Shown: positions 1-11,700 of the stretch, one piece after another
Position numbering within the stretch: the stretch's first letter is position 1
Layout: the number at the start of each line of letters is the position of its first letter
Source: Macrostomum lignano
Lineage: Eukaryota
DNA length: 64,000 nt
Direction: 5' to 3'
NCBI GenBank assembly: GCA_002269645.1
Contig: NIVC01003823.1
Span: 79,559-143,558 of the forward strand
Program-made: the position numbers and the translations under genes
Notes under the pieces: generated by a model
What the model was told of the DNA's origin: nothing
Seen by the model: the letters and a program-made list of their open reading frames with translations, nothing else
Databases searched by the model: none

Positions 1-153
1 TATTTGAAAGGTGTATGGAATTAGTCCTTGATTAACTGTGAGAAACAATATTGTTCCATAAACATTAGAAATTTATGTAATGTGCAATATCGCTTGCTTA
101 ACAAATCTGAATGACAACACCTTTGAGGCAAAAAATCACGGCTAGGGGGGGAG

Positions 154-1795
154 GGCTTCACAAGCTCGAAATTTTGCATCGCCAAAAAAGTTGGGGTTTG
201 TGAAGCTTCGGTTTGTGAAGTTTGGGGCTTGTGAAGTTTGAGGCTTGTGAAGTTTGGGGTTTGTGAAGTTTGGGGTTTGTGAAGTTTCGGGATTGTGAAG
301 TTTGGGGCTTGTGAAGTTTGAGGCTTGTGAAGTTTGGGGTTTGTGAAGTTTGGGGTTTGTGAAGTTTGGGGTTTGTGAAGTTTGGGGTTTGTGAAGCTTC
401 AGGTTTGTAAAGCTTGGGGCTTGTGAAGTTTGGGGTTTGTGAAGTTTCGGGATTGTGAAGTTTGGGGTTTGTGAAGTTTGGGGTTTGTGAAGTTTGGGGT
501 TTGTGAAGCTTCAGGTTTGTAAAGCTTGGGGCTTGTGAAGTTTGGGGTTTGTGAAGTTTCGGGATTGTGAAGTTTGGGGTTTGTGAAGTTTGGGGTTTGT
601 GAAGTTTGGGGTTTGTGAAGCTTCAGGTTTGTAAAGCTTGGGGCTTGTGAAGTTTGGGGTTTGTGAAGTTTGGGGTTTGTGAAGTTTGGGTTTGTGAAGT
701 TTGGGGTTTGTGAAGTTTGGGGTTTGTGAAGTTTCGGGACAGTGAAGTATGTGGATTGTGAAGTTTCGGGATTGTGAAGTTTGGGGTTTGTGAAGTTTGG
801 GGTTTGTGAAGCTTCAGGTTTGTAAAGCTTGGGGCTTGTGAAGTTTCGGGCTTGTGAAGTTTTATTCTGTGATCTTTGGGTTTGTGAAGTTTCGGGCTTG
901 TGAAGTTTTATTCTGTGGATCTTTGGGTTTGTGAAGTTTCGGGCTTGTGAATTTCGGTTTTTGTGAATTTTTGGGCTTGTGAAGTTTGGATTTGTGAAGT
1001 TTTGGGCCTGTGAAGTTTGAGGCTTGTGAAGTTTGGGGTTTGTGAAGTTTGGGGTTTGTGAAGTTTCGGGATTGTGAAGTTTGGGGCTTGTGAAGTTTGA
1101 GGCTTGTGAAGTTTGGGGTTTGTGAAGTTTGGGGTTTGTGAAGTTTGGGGTTTGTGAAGTTTGGGGTTTGTGAAGCTTCAGGTTTGTAAAGCTTGGGGCT
1201 TGTGAAGTTTGGGGTTTGTGAAGTTTCGGGATTGTGAAGTTTGGGGTTTGTGAAGTTTGGGGTTTGTGAAGTTTGGGGTTTGTGAAGCTTCAGGTTTGTA
1301 AAGCTTGGGGCTTGTGAAGTTTGGGGTTTGTGAAGTTTCGGGATTGTGAAGTTTGGGGTTTGTGAAGTTTGGGGTTTGTGAAGTTTGGGGTTTGTGAAGC
1401 TTCAGGTTTGTAAAGCTTGGGGCTTGTGAAGTTTGGGTTTGTGAAGTTTGGGGTTTGTGAAGTTTGGGGTTTGTGAAGTTTGGGGTTTGTGAAGTTTGGG
1501 GTTTGTGAAGTTTCGGGACAGTGAAGTATGTGGATTGTGAAGTTTCGGGATTGTGAAGTTTGGGGTTTGTGAAGTTTGGGGTTTGTGAAGCTTCAGGTTT
1601 GTAAAGCTTGGGCTTGTGAAGTTTCGGGCTTGTGAAGTTTTATTCTGTGGATCTTTGGGTTTGTGAAGTTTCGGGCTTGTGAAGTTTTATTCTGTGGATC
1701 TTTGGGTTTGTGAAGTTTCGGGCTTGTGAATTTCGGTTTTTGTGAATTTTTGGGCTTGTGAAGTTTGGATTTGTGAAGTTTTGGGCCTGTGAAGC
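154..1795. repeat. ~16-bp tandem satellite (GTTTGTGAAGTTTGGG) with a ~780-bp higher-order duplication
   Basis: Unit is visible directly. The variant order at ~235-1015 recurs at ~1015-1795. One inverted unit (GCTTCACAAGCTCGAAA) lies at ~155-172. Confidence 0.95.
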
Positions 1796-2868
1796 TTACT
1801 ATCTTCGATGAGGCGAAGCGTTAAATTTTTAAACGTTAAGCAATGGTCTTAAACTAAGTTTCTTTCAGAAGCCTTAATTTCGCAATGCTTCATTGAAAGA
1901 GCATTTCTAAACGTGAGAGCTATGCTATAAGCCAGAAATATTCTATATTGTTTGATACAGTGTACATTAAAATAGGTAGAAAAAAGACGGCACTTCCTAC
2001 TGCCCAGATAATAGTAGTAGCAATAGGATGCTTAGCCAATTTAGTGAGATTCCTTCAAAGCAAAAAATGAGTACCAATACGGTAATTTTAGAAGCCATAA
2101 CTACATGACAATAAAAGCGCTTGGCAAAAATAACAAAGCCATAGCGAGCACCTGCTAACACATAAATATGTAAATAACCAACGTGTCACGCCAAATGTAT
2201 TTTTTATACTAAATTTATTACAATTATATTTATAAAGTTATACAGAATAATCAATCCGGAGCCTTGCCTTGCCCCTAACTTTATTCTATATGCAATACAG
2301 ACAAGTTTGTAATAACCGGGGGAAATATTACATGCTCGCTACTGGTCGTCAGTAGTACGTATAGATTCTTTAATTAATCTTAGTTTGGAGAAATGGGGGC
2401 AGTCAAAGGTGAAATTGCGTATACTCGTAATATACAAAGATGCTAAAAATGATGCTAACCCTGAAAGGACAACAGAAGGCCTTCCCCCGCCAGTGGATGG
2501 GATAAATATGGAGAATGGAAATACCATACAAACTTTTTTTGATTCCTTTGCCTTTATGTGAATTTTGTCCGACTAAAACGGTTACCTAGGCCAAGAAGCA
2601 CCCCAGAGTCACAATTGCGTCGCTCCAAAGTCACTCCACAGGTAAAATAGGAAAGAAGCTTATCTAGTGCGCCTCTACAATGACTCTGGAGCCGTAGGGC
2701 GTCACTTTATGCCAATTTACTGTCATTTTCAGGGTTGCATTAGGCCCTAGTATTAGAAAAGATAGCTAAGATAGACACTCAATTTGTGTCCCAACTAATC
2801 AGGGCACCCTAGTTCAACCGTGAAATCGATTCAAAAGACCTTAATTCTGTATATATCTAGTCAGTAGT

Positions 2869-4969
2869 TCAGTTATAACCGCTGGGCACGCCGCGCCGCC
2901 GCCTGTCCTGCAGGAGGGCGGTCCTGCCGATCAGCTGGTGCACAGTGTTAGTGGCCTGGATCAGGGTGCCAAGCAGAGCTGTCAGCTGCACATCGTTGCA
3001 CTGACGATAGAATGACCGATAGAAATCTTCACCGCCGCACACAGGCAGCTGGTCGGCTAGTCGGCGAAGGTCGCGCAGAATAGCGTGACACGGCGGCAGC
3101 CGGCCGGCGGACACGTCGCGCAGATAGGACAGTAGTAGGCCAAGGCGGCTGTACAGGGCGCGGACAGCGCTGCGCTGTACGGCTAGGGCTTCGGCAACCT
3201 AGCGGGTAAATATCAAAAAAATGAATAATGCCTTTTATTATTGATGCAATTTGTATTGAAGTTAATATTCCTTTTTGCGGCCTAGTTGGTACTGCAAGCT
3301 TTCAATTCAATCATAGATACGGAAATCAGACTTGCGAGACTGAAAATTGTCGACACTCGTTGGCAACAAGTACAAAAAGATTAGCGATGAAGTGGCTACA
3401 AGTGAAAGTCCGTACTGTTTACTCGATTCGAAGGCGGTACGAACTTACAAATTCGGCTTTTTGGCCATAGACATTGAGTCTTAGCGGGCGCAGCTAAATA
3501 TGCTTGCTCGCTTGCTTTTAGGACTACATAAGGCATTGAGCAATACCAGACCGTAACTTCTTAATGCATCATGCAGTTTTTATACTTTGTGGGGCTTATG
3601 ACAACAATGCCTCGAGCTCGCGACAAACCTTAGTCCCACCGCTGCCGGACATATCCCTGGACACGTGGTCAACCCCGATTCGCTCGGCCTCCTCGGTGGC
3701 CAGACTGTAGGCAGGGGTATGAACAGACACTTGGGCGAGCCGTTCACCAGTTCTAGCACGGATTCGAATAGACGAACCGGCAGGGATTCGGCCGTGGTAG
3801 CCGCTGAGCTGGGCAGCAGGCGGAGCAACACCGGCATTAGTGGCGAGTCCGACATTACAAGATCGCACACCTGCTTGTGCAAGGCTGCCTCAGTGTCGGT
3901 CACCTGTGGGTGCGGTTTTTAGGACTAATGCATGATTAATATTGATTTTGGCGCAATTATTGACGATAATTCAATATTGAGTAGCCTAGTGGTTAGAGCG
4001 TCGGACCCACGACTTGAAGGTCGGGGGTTCGACTCCCGATCCCACTGGAACAATTTGTCCTTGGGCAAGACACTCAACTCTGTATTGCTGAGCTGTCGGT
4101 TGCACATCTGGCCCAATTAGGGCAGGTGTAATCAATTATTTTTATTTTTATTATTAATATTGAGTAGCTCAGCCGCAGCTATTGCGCGGCGCATCTGAAG
4201 GCTGCGTACGGCTGTTCAGTTCAAAGACTGGGGGTCGTCAATTACCCCAGCGAATACTGGCACTCATTTTACAGTTGGGTGGACTTGCTCAAGGACAAAT
4301 TGTTCCGAGTGGGTCGAGAATCGAACCCCCGACCTCCCAGTCTTGAGTCCGACGCCCTAACCACTACGTACAATCCCCTCTTCGGAAAAACAACTTTTAT
4401 ATTTTCATCACTGCATTTTTCTACTTAAAGTAGAAAATTTGGAATTTTATTACTATATTTAAAAAAATGAACAACTTAAGAATATTATTTCAGATACAGG
4501 GCAGGGGCTGTGTAATTAGATTGCTGGTGATCACGACTACTTCCTTGTCCCAACATTTTACCTCTTCAGGCAGGTCGCAGCAGTAGTACCAGCCAACCAC
4601 AGTGAGGCTAGGATAGACCTCGCGATACTGGGCCAGCCTAGTCTGAAAGAATCCAGCATCAATAGTGTCAATATCGGCTGTCTGCGGATTAGCCGGCGAG
4701 AAATATGGCGCCAATTCGAAACAGTTGCAAATTTCTACTAGGCGACCTTCCTGCTTGCCTAACAGGGCGCCTAGTACCCGATTGTGACCGAACTGCAGCC
4801 GGCAGCGGGTCCAGTGATCGGAGATGGTTAGCAGTACCAGCGGGTGCAGGGCGGCGTTCACGGACGGCTGCACGCCTTGCGGAGCCATGTGGCCCGGCGA
4901 GCCTGCGGACAAAGAGTCTGAAGCTGATGCGGCAGCTGTCCCGGAGGTTGTAGAAGCGTCTACTTCCAT
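2869..4969 (-). CDS. COPS6: COP9 signalosome subunit 6 (MPN domain); exons 4969-4562, 3903-3629, 3198-2869; 1-nt frameshift in exon 2
   Basis: Family motifs LHPLVLLTISDHWTR, GALLGKQEGRLVEICNCFEL, VVGWY, YSLATEEAERIGVDHV and QCNDVQLTALLG. GT-AG phase-0 junctions. Exon 2 is 275 nt where 276 is needed. Confidence 0.93.
3978..4135 (+). mobile_element. tRNA-derived SINE family A (internally deleted copy)
   Basis: A box TAGCCTAGTGGTTAGAGCG, B box GGTTCGACTCCC, then TGTCCTTGGGCAAGACACT core. Related copies occur at 16.7, 38.0 and 61.8 kb. Confidence 0.85.
4165..4370 (-). mobile_element. tRNA-derived SINE family A (inverted copy)
   Basis: Reverse complement of the family A head and body (GAATCGAACCCCCGACC...CTAACCACTA). 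Confidence 0.85.
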
Positions 4970-5094
4970 TGTTTTACAGATATGGTTTGGCTTGAATACT
5001 GGAATAATAGGTGCGGTACTGTTGAAAATGCGCTTTGTAAATCTAACTTCAATGTAATTAAATTCGAGCAACCTAATGGCATTTTGGAAATAAA

Positions 5095-5400
5095 GATAAG
5101 AGAATAGGAAGGCTGCGGGATAGAGAGGGGAGATGAGAGAGCGGAAGGGTATGGATAGTGAATCGAGAGAGTGGGATGGGGTGGAAAGGGAGATGAGGGA
5201 GAGCGGGCGTGGGATGGAGAGGGAGATGAGGGAGAGTGGGATGGGATAGAGAGGGAGATGAGGGAGAGTGGGATGGGATGGAGAGGGAGATGAGGGAGAG
5301 TGGGATGGGATGGAGAGGGAGATGAGGGAGAGTGGGATGGGATGGAGAGGGAGAAGAGGGAGAGTGGGAGATCATGAGGCGAGAGAGAGTAGGCTGTGAA
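5095..5400. repeat. GA-rich ~32-bp minisatellite between the ZNF gene and CSN6
   Basis: GAGAGGGAGATGAGGGAGAGTGGGATGGGATG units. Confidence 0.9.
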
Positions 5401-5716
5401 AGAGATAGCTGCAAGCATCTCTAACAGGTTTACTGCTACATACAGCTTCTAGTGTTAAAAGTCAATATAAAACGTCGAGTAGACAAGTGAAAGCAATAAA
5501 CACACGGCATATCAATTCGTAAAGTTTATTTTCTGCAATTGTATGACGCAATTGACAAATTAGGGAATTTATACAATATTAACTTGCTATATATTAAAAA
5601 TATTTAATGCTGATTGACTTAAATAACAGGAATAATGCGGAACTATATTTTAGTTCAACTGCACCAAAAGTGCCCATTGTTTTCCCCTTTGCCAAGGGCA
5701 CTCTGCTTTTGTCGAG

Positions 5717-8700
5717 TTAAGTAGCCGCGTCGCTTTTGTGCAGCATTCGGAAGTGCCGTAACAAATTGCCGCGCTGGGAGAACCGAATGCCGCACACTTT
5801 GCACAGGTGCGGCCTGGGCTTGTCGGAGTGCAGCAGCATGTGCGTCACTAACGAGGATCGCTGGGTAAAACTAATATTGCAACTTGAGCACACGTGCTTA
5901 GAGTCCTCCCTACTGTTGTGCGACTCCTCGTGACGGCGGAGGTGCGACTGACAGGTGAACTCGCGATCACAGGCGTAGCACTTGTGCAAACCCTGCAGCT
6001 TACTTGGCCGCTTGGCTGCCGACGAGGGTGCTGAGGCGATGGAATCGACCGTGCCGGCCGCCTCGCAAGTGTGGGAAGCGTAAGCTAGCAAACTATTGAA
6101 GAACTGCAAGCACTGGTCGCAGCGGTAGCTTCGCTTGTAGCTGCTGCTGATGACGGCGGCGGAGGCGGCTGCAGACGACGACCCGGCGGTGCCCGATGTC
6201 GGCGGAGCGTCGGGCAGGCGTCGATAATTCCGACCGCCAGTACGCTGGATGGCGGAACCGTTTGACGCCGACGATGAAGATGCTAGCAAAGTTGTCTGCG
6301 GCGGTGGCGGCGGAGGACCGGGCTCGCCGCTGAGCTCCTTCAGGAGTGACTCGCTGGCAGCCTGACCAGCCAAGTCGGAACCGTCAAACTGCTGTCCGGC
6401 TGTGCAGCTGTCCGGTTGCTGCTGCTGCTGCTGTTCAGCTATGACAACCATCTTGTCGACGGCGTCGATGTCGATTTCTAACGCCGGGTCGACAACAGCC
6501 GATGTGCTGGAGGCCGCAACGGCCGCAGTCGGAACAGTCGATGCCGAAGCATTAGAGGCAGAAGCAGCGGCGGTTGCAGCGGCGGTGGCGGCAACAGCTG
6601 ACACGGAGCTGACAGTTGAAGGTGCCGACGTAGTCTGGAAACCGTAGCCTTGCAGCAGAAGCGACAGGTCGCTGTGATCGGACTCAGCTAGGAGCAGAGT
6701 GGGGCCCCCGACTGACCCGGCCGTACCGGAGCTCACGATGTCGCCGGAGGCGGTGAGCATGTCGGTGTTGCTTATAACGTATAACACATTGCCAGAATCT
6801 ACACTAAGAACCAATTGCTGCTGTTGTTGTTGTTGCTGTTGCTGAGACTGTTGATGGAATTGCTGCTGCTGAAGGATCAACTCCTGCTGCTGCTGCTGTT
6901 GTTGCTGCTGTTGTTGCTGCTGCTTCTTCTGCAACTGGCGCTGCCTGTACCGCTGCCGCCTTCGCTGCTGCTGCAGAAGATCCCTCTGCGGTGGCTGCCT
7001 CTGCCGCCGATTCGGCTGTCGAGACCCCGTTGCCGCTGTTGCCGATGACGCCGACGCTGAGCCCGTCGCCGTCTCGACTTCCGACGTAGACGGCGCGGGC
7101 CCGGATGGGGCGGCTTCCTCAGCAACTGCGGACAGCTGCTGCCGTTGCCGATTACCGTCCGCACCAACAGGAATGGGCCGAACCCTAGCAGTGGTCGGAT
7201 CCCGTTTAAGCAGCATATTGTGGCTCTTTAAATAGTGCCGCTTTCTACTCGACGAAGAGTGAAAACTGTCCGAGCACAGCTGGCACTGGTAGGGCTTGGC
7301 GTCGGCGTGCAAATTCATATGGGTTCGCAGGCTGCTCTTCGATGAGAAGTAGTTCTTGCATAGATGGCAGGCCAGCAGCTTCACCTGCGAGATTGGAGAG
7401 TTGCCCCCGAAAATTCGGGTATAGCAAAGTTTAATAATGATATAGTGCTTTGGTCTCTATGGTGCTGGCGCCCACTGACACAATTCTCTATTATTGCTAT
7501 TAATTTACTGTTGCTTTAACATCTGTGCCGCGTGGCAGCAAGAGTTACGGGGGGGGGGGTAAAAGGCGATTCCCTAGGGGGAGGGTGTTAAAGGGCGCAT
7601 TCCGATTGGGAGGGGGTTAAAGGGCGATTCCACAGGGGGAGGGGGTCAGAGGGCGATTCCACAGGGGGAGGGGGTCAGAGGGCGATTCCACAGGGGGAGG
7701 GGGTCAGAGGGCGATTCCACAGGGGGAGGGGGTCAGAGGGCGATTCCACAGGGGGAGTGGGGTTAAAGGGCGATTTCCCACGGGGAGGGGTTAAAGGGCG
7801 ATCCCCAGGGGGTGGGGGTGTTAAAGGGCGATTCCCCAGGGGAGGGGGTTAAAGAGCGACTTCCAGGCGGGGATTAAGGGGCGGCTCCCAGACGAGGGTT
7901 AGAGGAATGTGCAGAAGTCTGCAGAATCTTTAGAGGCCCTAAAGAAGCGATGAAAATGCTGGTACACAAAAATTCAATTAACAACTCAAAACCCACCTGT
8001 TGACTGTGCAGCCTGCTCATGTGATACTTCAACGAGCTGCTAGCCGTGAAAGTTTTCTGACAGACGCTACAACTAAACGGCCTGGCCCCGATGTGCACGT
8101 TGCTGTGCCGCACAAGTTCAACCCGTCTGGAAAACTGGGCGTGACAGATGTCGCACTCGAATCCAGCGCCGGCAGTGTCGCTAACGCCGCCCTCCTCGGC
8201 GACACCGACGCGCCGATGATGAGCAGCGGACGAGGCGGAGGCAGCCGCGGCGGTGAAGCCAGCTAGTTCATCATCGGTGTGCCGAGATTTGGCGGCTCTG
8301 ACTAGCATGCGCTGCGAGACGGTCATGTCAGTGGTGAGCGCCGATTGGGCCAGGCTGCGAGTCTCGTCCTCCGGCAGGCGAAGCTGGCAGCGCCGCTCCC
8401 GGACAAAGTCCCGACTGCCCAGCTGGTAGTGGCGCGCCTTGAAGCATTTGTGGGATTGAGATGGAGCTCAAATCTGTGCTATAAATACAAGACCAATACA
8501 AGCTACTTAAGCTCATTCCATATGCGTAACACCATAGTCCAAATCATGATAATGTTGTCCAATCCAAGCCACGCTTAATTACGATTCAAACTATTTCAAT
8601 TCTAATTCTATTTCTAACACGCTTAAATTCTAATCCAAGCCACTCCATTCCGATCTAAGCCACTACATTCCAATCCAAGCCACTCTATTCCAATCCAAGC

Positions 8701-11700
8701 CACTGCATTCCAATCCAAGCCACTGCATTCCAATCTAAGCCACTCCATTCCAATCCAAGCCACTGCATTCCAATCTAAGCCACTCCATTCCAATCCAAGC
8801 CACTGCATTCCAATCGATCTAAGCCACTCCATTCCAATCGATCCAAGCTACTCCATTCCAATCGATCCAAGCCACTCCATTCCAATCGATCTAAGCCACT
8901 CCATTCCAATCGATCCAAGCCACTCCATTCCAATCGATCCAAGCCACTCCATTCCAATCCAAGCCACTGCATTCCAATTGATCCAAGCCACTCCATTTCA
9001 ATCTAATCCACTCCATTTCAATCTAAGCCACGCCATTCCAATCCAAGCCACTCCATTCCAATCCAAGCCACTCCATTCCAATCCAAGCCACTCCATTCCA
9101 ATCTAAGCCACTCCATTCCAATCGATCCAAGCCACTCCATTCCAATCCAAGCCACTCCATTCCAATCCAAGCCACTCCATTTCAATCCAAACCAATTCAT
9201 TCCAATCTAAGCCACTAAATTCCAATCGAAGTCATGAAATTTCAATCTAAGCCACTTTATGCCAGTCAAATCAGCTAAATACTAATCCAAGCCACTGAAT
9301 TTCATTTCCCAACCCAAGCCAATCAAGCAATAACCCCTGGCTCACTTTTTTCAAATCCACAATCAGACTTTCCCGTTCGGAGCGCAGTTCACCAATATGC
9401 AATTGCAAATGCTTAATATTGTGAAAGTCCCGCTCGCAATGGTTGCACCGAAAATGGCGCCTATCATTGTGCCGCATAGTCGTGTGCACAGCCAGTGCGC
9501 TCTGGCTAACGAACTCTTGGCCGCAGTCTCGGCACTGCTTTGGCTGGTCGGGCTGATGAGCCAGCTGGTGATTTTTCAACGCCAGCTCAGATAGGAAGGC
9601 CTTGCCGCACAGTTCGCACGAGTGCCTCTCCTGGTGATGCTCAGTGCGCACGTGCAATTGCAATTGTTTAGCTTTGTAGAAGCTGCGCTGGCATTTAGCG
9701 CAGCCGTAGTAAGCGTCTAGGCTAATCTGCGAAAGGTAAAATTAAGGGAGCAAAGGCCGTCAGTTGAAGCAGTTCTTTAAGACTACTCGAGGTATAGATA
9801 CACTATATATCTGCGCAGGCAGATTCAGGGAGAGAAAGCGGAGAGGCAGATTCAGGGACAGAAAGCGGAGAGGCAGATTCAGGGACAGAAAGCGGAGAGG
9901 CAGATTCAGGGACAGAAAGCGGAGAGGCAGATTCAGGGACAGAAAGCGGAGAGGCAGATTCAGGGACAGAAAGCGGAGAGGCAGATTCAGGGACAGAAAG
10001 CGGAGAGGCAGATTTAGGGAGAGAAAGCGGAGAGGCAGATTCAGGGACAGTAAGCGGAGAGGCAGATTCAGGGAGAGAAAGCGGAGAGGCAGATTCAGGG
10101 ACAGTAAGCGGAGAGGCAGATTCAGGGAGAGAAAGCGGAGAGGCAGATTCAGGGACAGTAAGCGGAGAGGCAGATTCAGGGAGAGAAAGCGGAGAGGCAG
10201 ATTCAGGGACAGTAAGCGGAGAGGCAGATTCAGGGACAGAAAGCGGAGAGGCAGATTCAGGGACAGAAAGCGGAGAGGCAGATTCAGGGACAGAAAGCGG
10301 AGAGGCAGATTCAGGGACAGAAAGCGGAGAGGCAGATTCAGGGACAGTAAGCGGAGAGGCAGATTCAGGGACAGAAAGCGGAGAGGCAGATTCAGGGAGA
10401 GAAAGCGGAGAGGCAGATTCAGGGAGAGAAAGCGGAGAGGCAGATTCAGGGACAGAAAGCGGAGAGGCAGATTCAGGGACAGAAAGCGGAGAGGCAGATT
10501 CAGAGAGAGAAAGCGGAGAGGCAGATTCAGGGAGAGAAAGCGGAGAGGCAGATTCAGGAGAAGAAAGCGGAGAAGCAGATTCAGGGAGAGAAAGCGGAGA
10601 GGCAGATTCAGGGACAGTAAGCGGAGAGGCAGATTCAGGGAGAGAAAGCGGAGAGGCAGATTCAGGAGGAGAAAGCGGAGAGGCAGATTCAGGGACAGAA
10701 AGCGGAGAGGCAGATTCAGAAGGAGAAAGCGGAGAGGCAGATTCAGGGACAGAAAGCGGAGAGGCAGATTCAGGGACAGAAAGCGGAGAGGCAGATTCAG
10801 GGACAGAAAGCGGAGAGGCAGATTCAGGGAGAGAAAGCGGAGAGGCAGATTCAGGGACAGTAAGCGGAGAGGCAGATTCAGGGACAGAAAGCGGAGAGGC
10901 AGATTCAGGGACAGAAAGCGGAGAGGCAGATTCAGGGACAGAAAGCGGAGAGGCAGATTCAGGGACAGAAAGCGGAGAGGCAGATTCAGGGACAGAAAGC
11001 GGAGAGGCAGATTCAGGGAGAGAAAGCGGAGAGGCAGATTCAGGGAGAGAAAGCGGAGAGGCAGATTCAGGGAGAGAAAGCGGAGAGGCAGATTCAGAGA
11101 GAGAAAGCGGAGAGGCAGATTCAGGGACAGTAAGCGGAGAGGCAGATTCAGGGAGAGAAAGCGGAGAGGCAGATTCAGGGACAGTAAGCGGAGAGGCAGA
11201 TTCAGGGAGAGAAAGCGGAGAGGCAGATTCAGGGACAGTAAGCGGAGAGGCAGATTCAGGGAGAGAAAGCGGAGAGGCAGATTCAGGGAGAGAAAGCGGA
11301 GAGGCAGATTCAGGGACAGTAAGCGGAGAGGCAGATTCAGGGACAGAAAGCGGAGAGGCAGATTCAGGGAGAGAGACCACAGACGCAGTTTATGCTCACC
11401 AGATCGTCACTCTTCGGTATAGGATATTGATTAACAGTTGCCGTGCCATCGCTAGCGTACAAAGCCTCAGTCAGCTGAGGAAAATCAGCGGCAGACAGTA
11501 CGCTAGACAGTGGCAAGTTGAGATCCGGTTCAGTAACTGTAGCCGGGTTAGCCGCCCGATTCAATGACAGAGAGTTATGATTATTAGCTGCGATTGCGTT
11601 ATCGCCAGACGGAATTCTTCCGAGGCTAGACGAGCCGGACACAGCAGCGGCAGAGGCGGCAGCAGTGGAGGTAACGGATTGTACCGGCATAGATGACACC

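Noticed and set aside
3978-4055. tRNA gene-like A/B boxes (also at 16.7, 38.1, 42.8 and 61.7 kb)
   Set aside because: No complete cloverleaf or acceptor stem. Each continues into a shared SINE body.
8560-9260. Human satellite II/III (CCATT) contamination
   Set aside because: The 20/24-bp unit is distinct and sits in a properly phased intron of the resident gene.
9546-9570. Hammerhead core CTGATGAG
   Set aside because: It lies within a ZNF exon on the antisense strand, with no GAAA core partner or stems.
9764-11422. 552-aa Arg-rich ORF and 525-aa antisense (PESASPLS)n ORF
   Set aside because: Both are translations of a stop-free 27-bp intronic minisatellite lying between two in-phase ZNF exons. 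The 552-aa ORF also starts at TTG.
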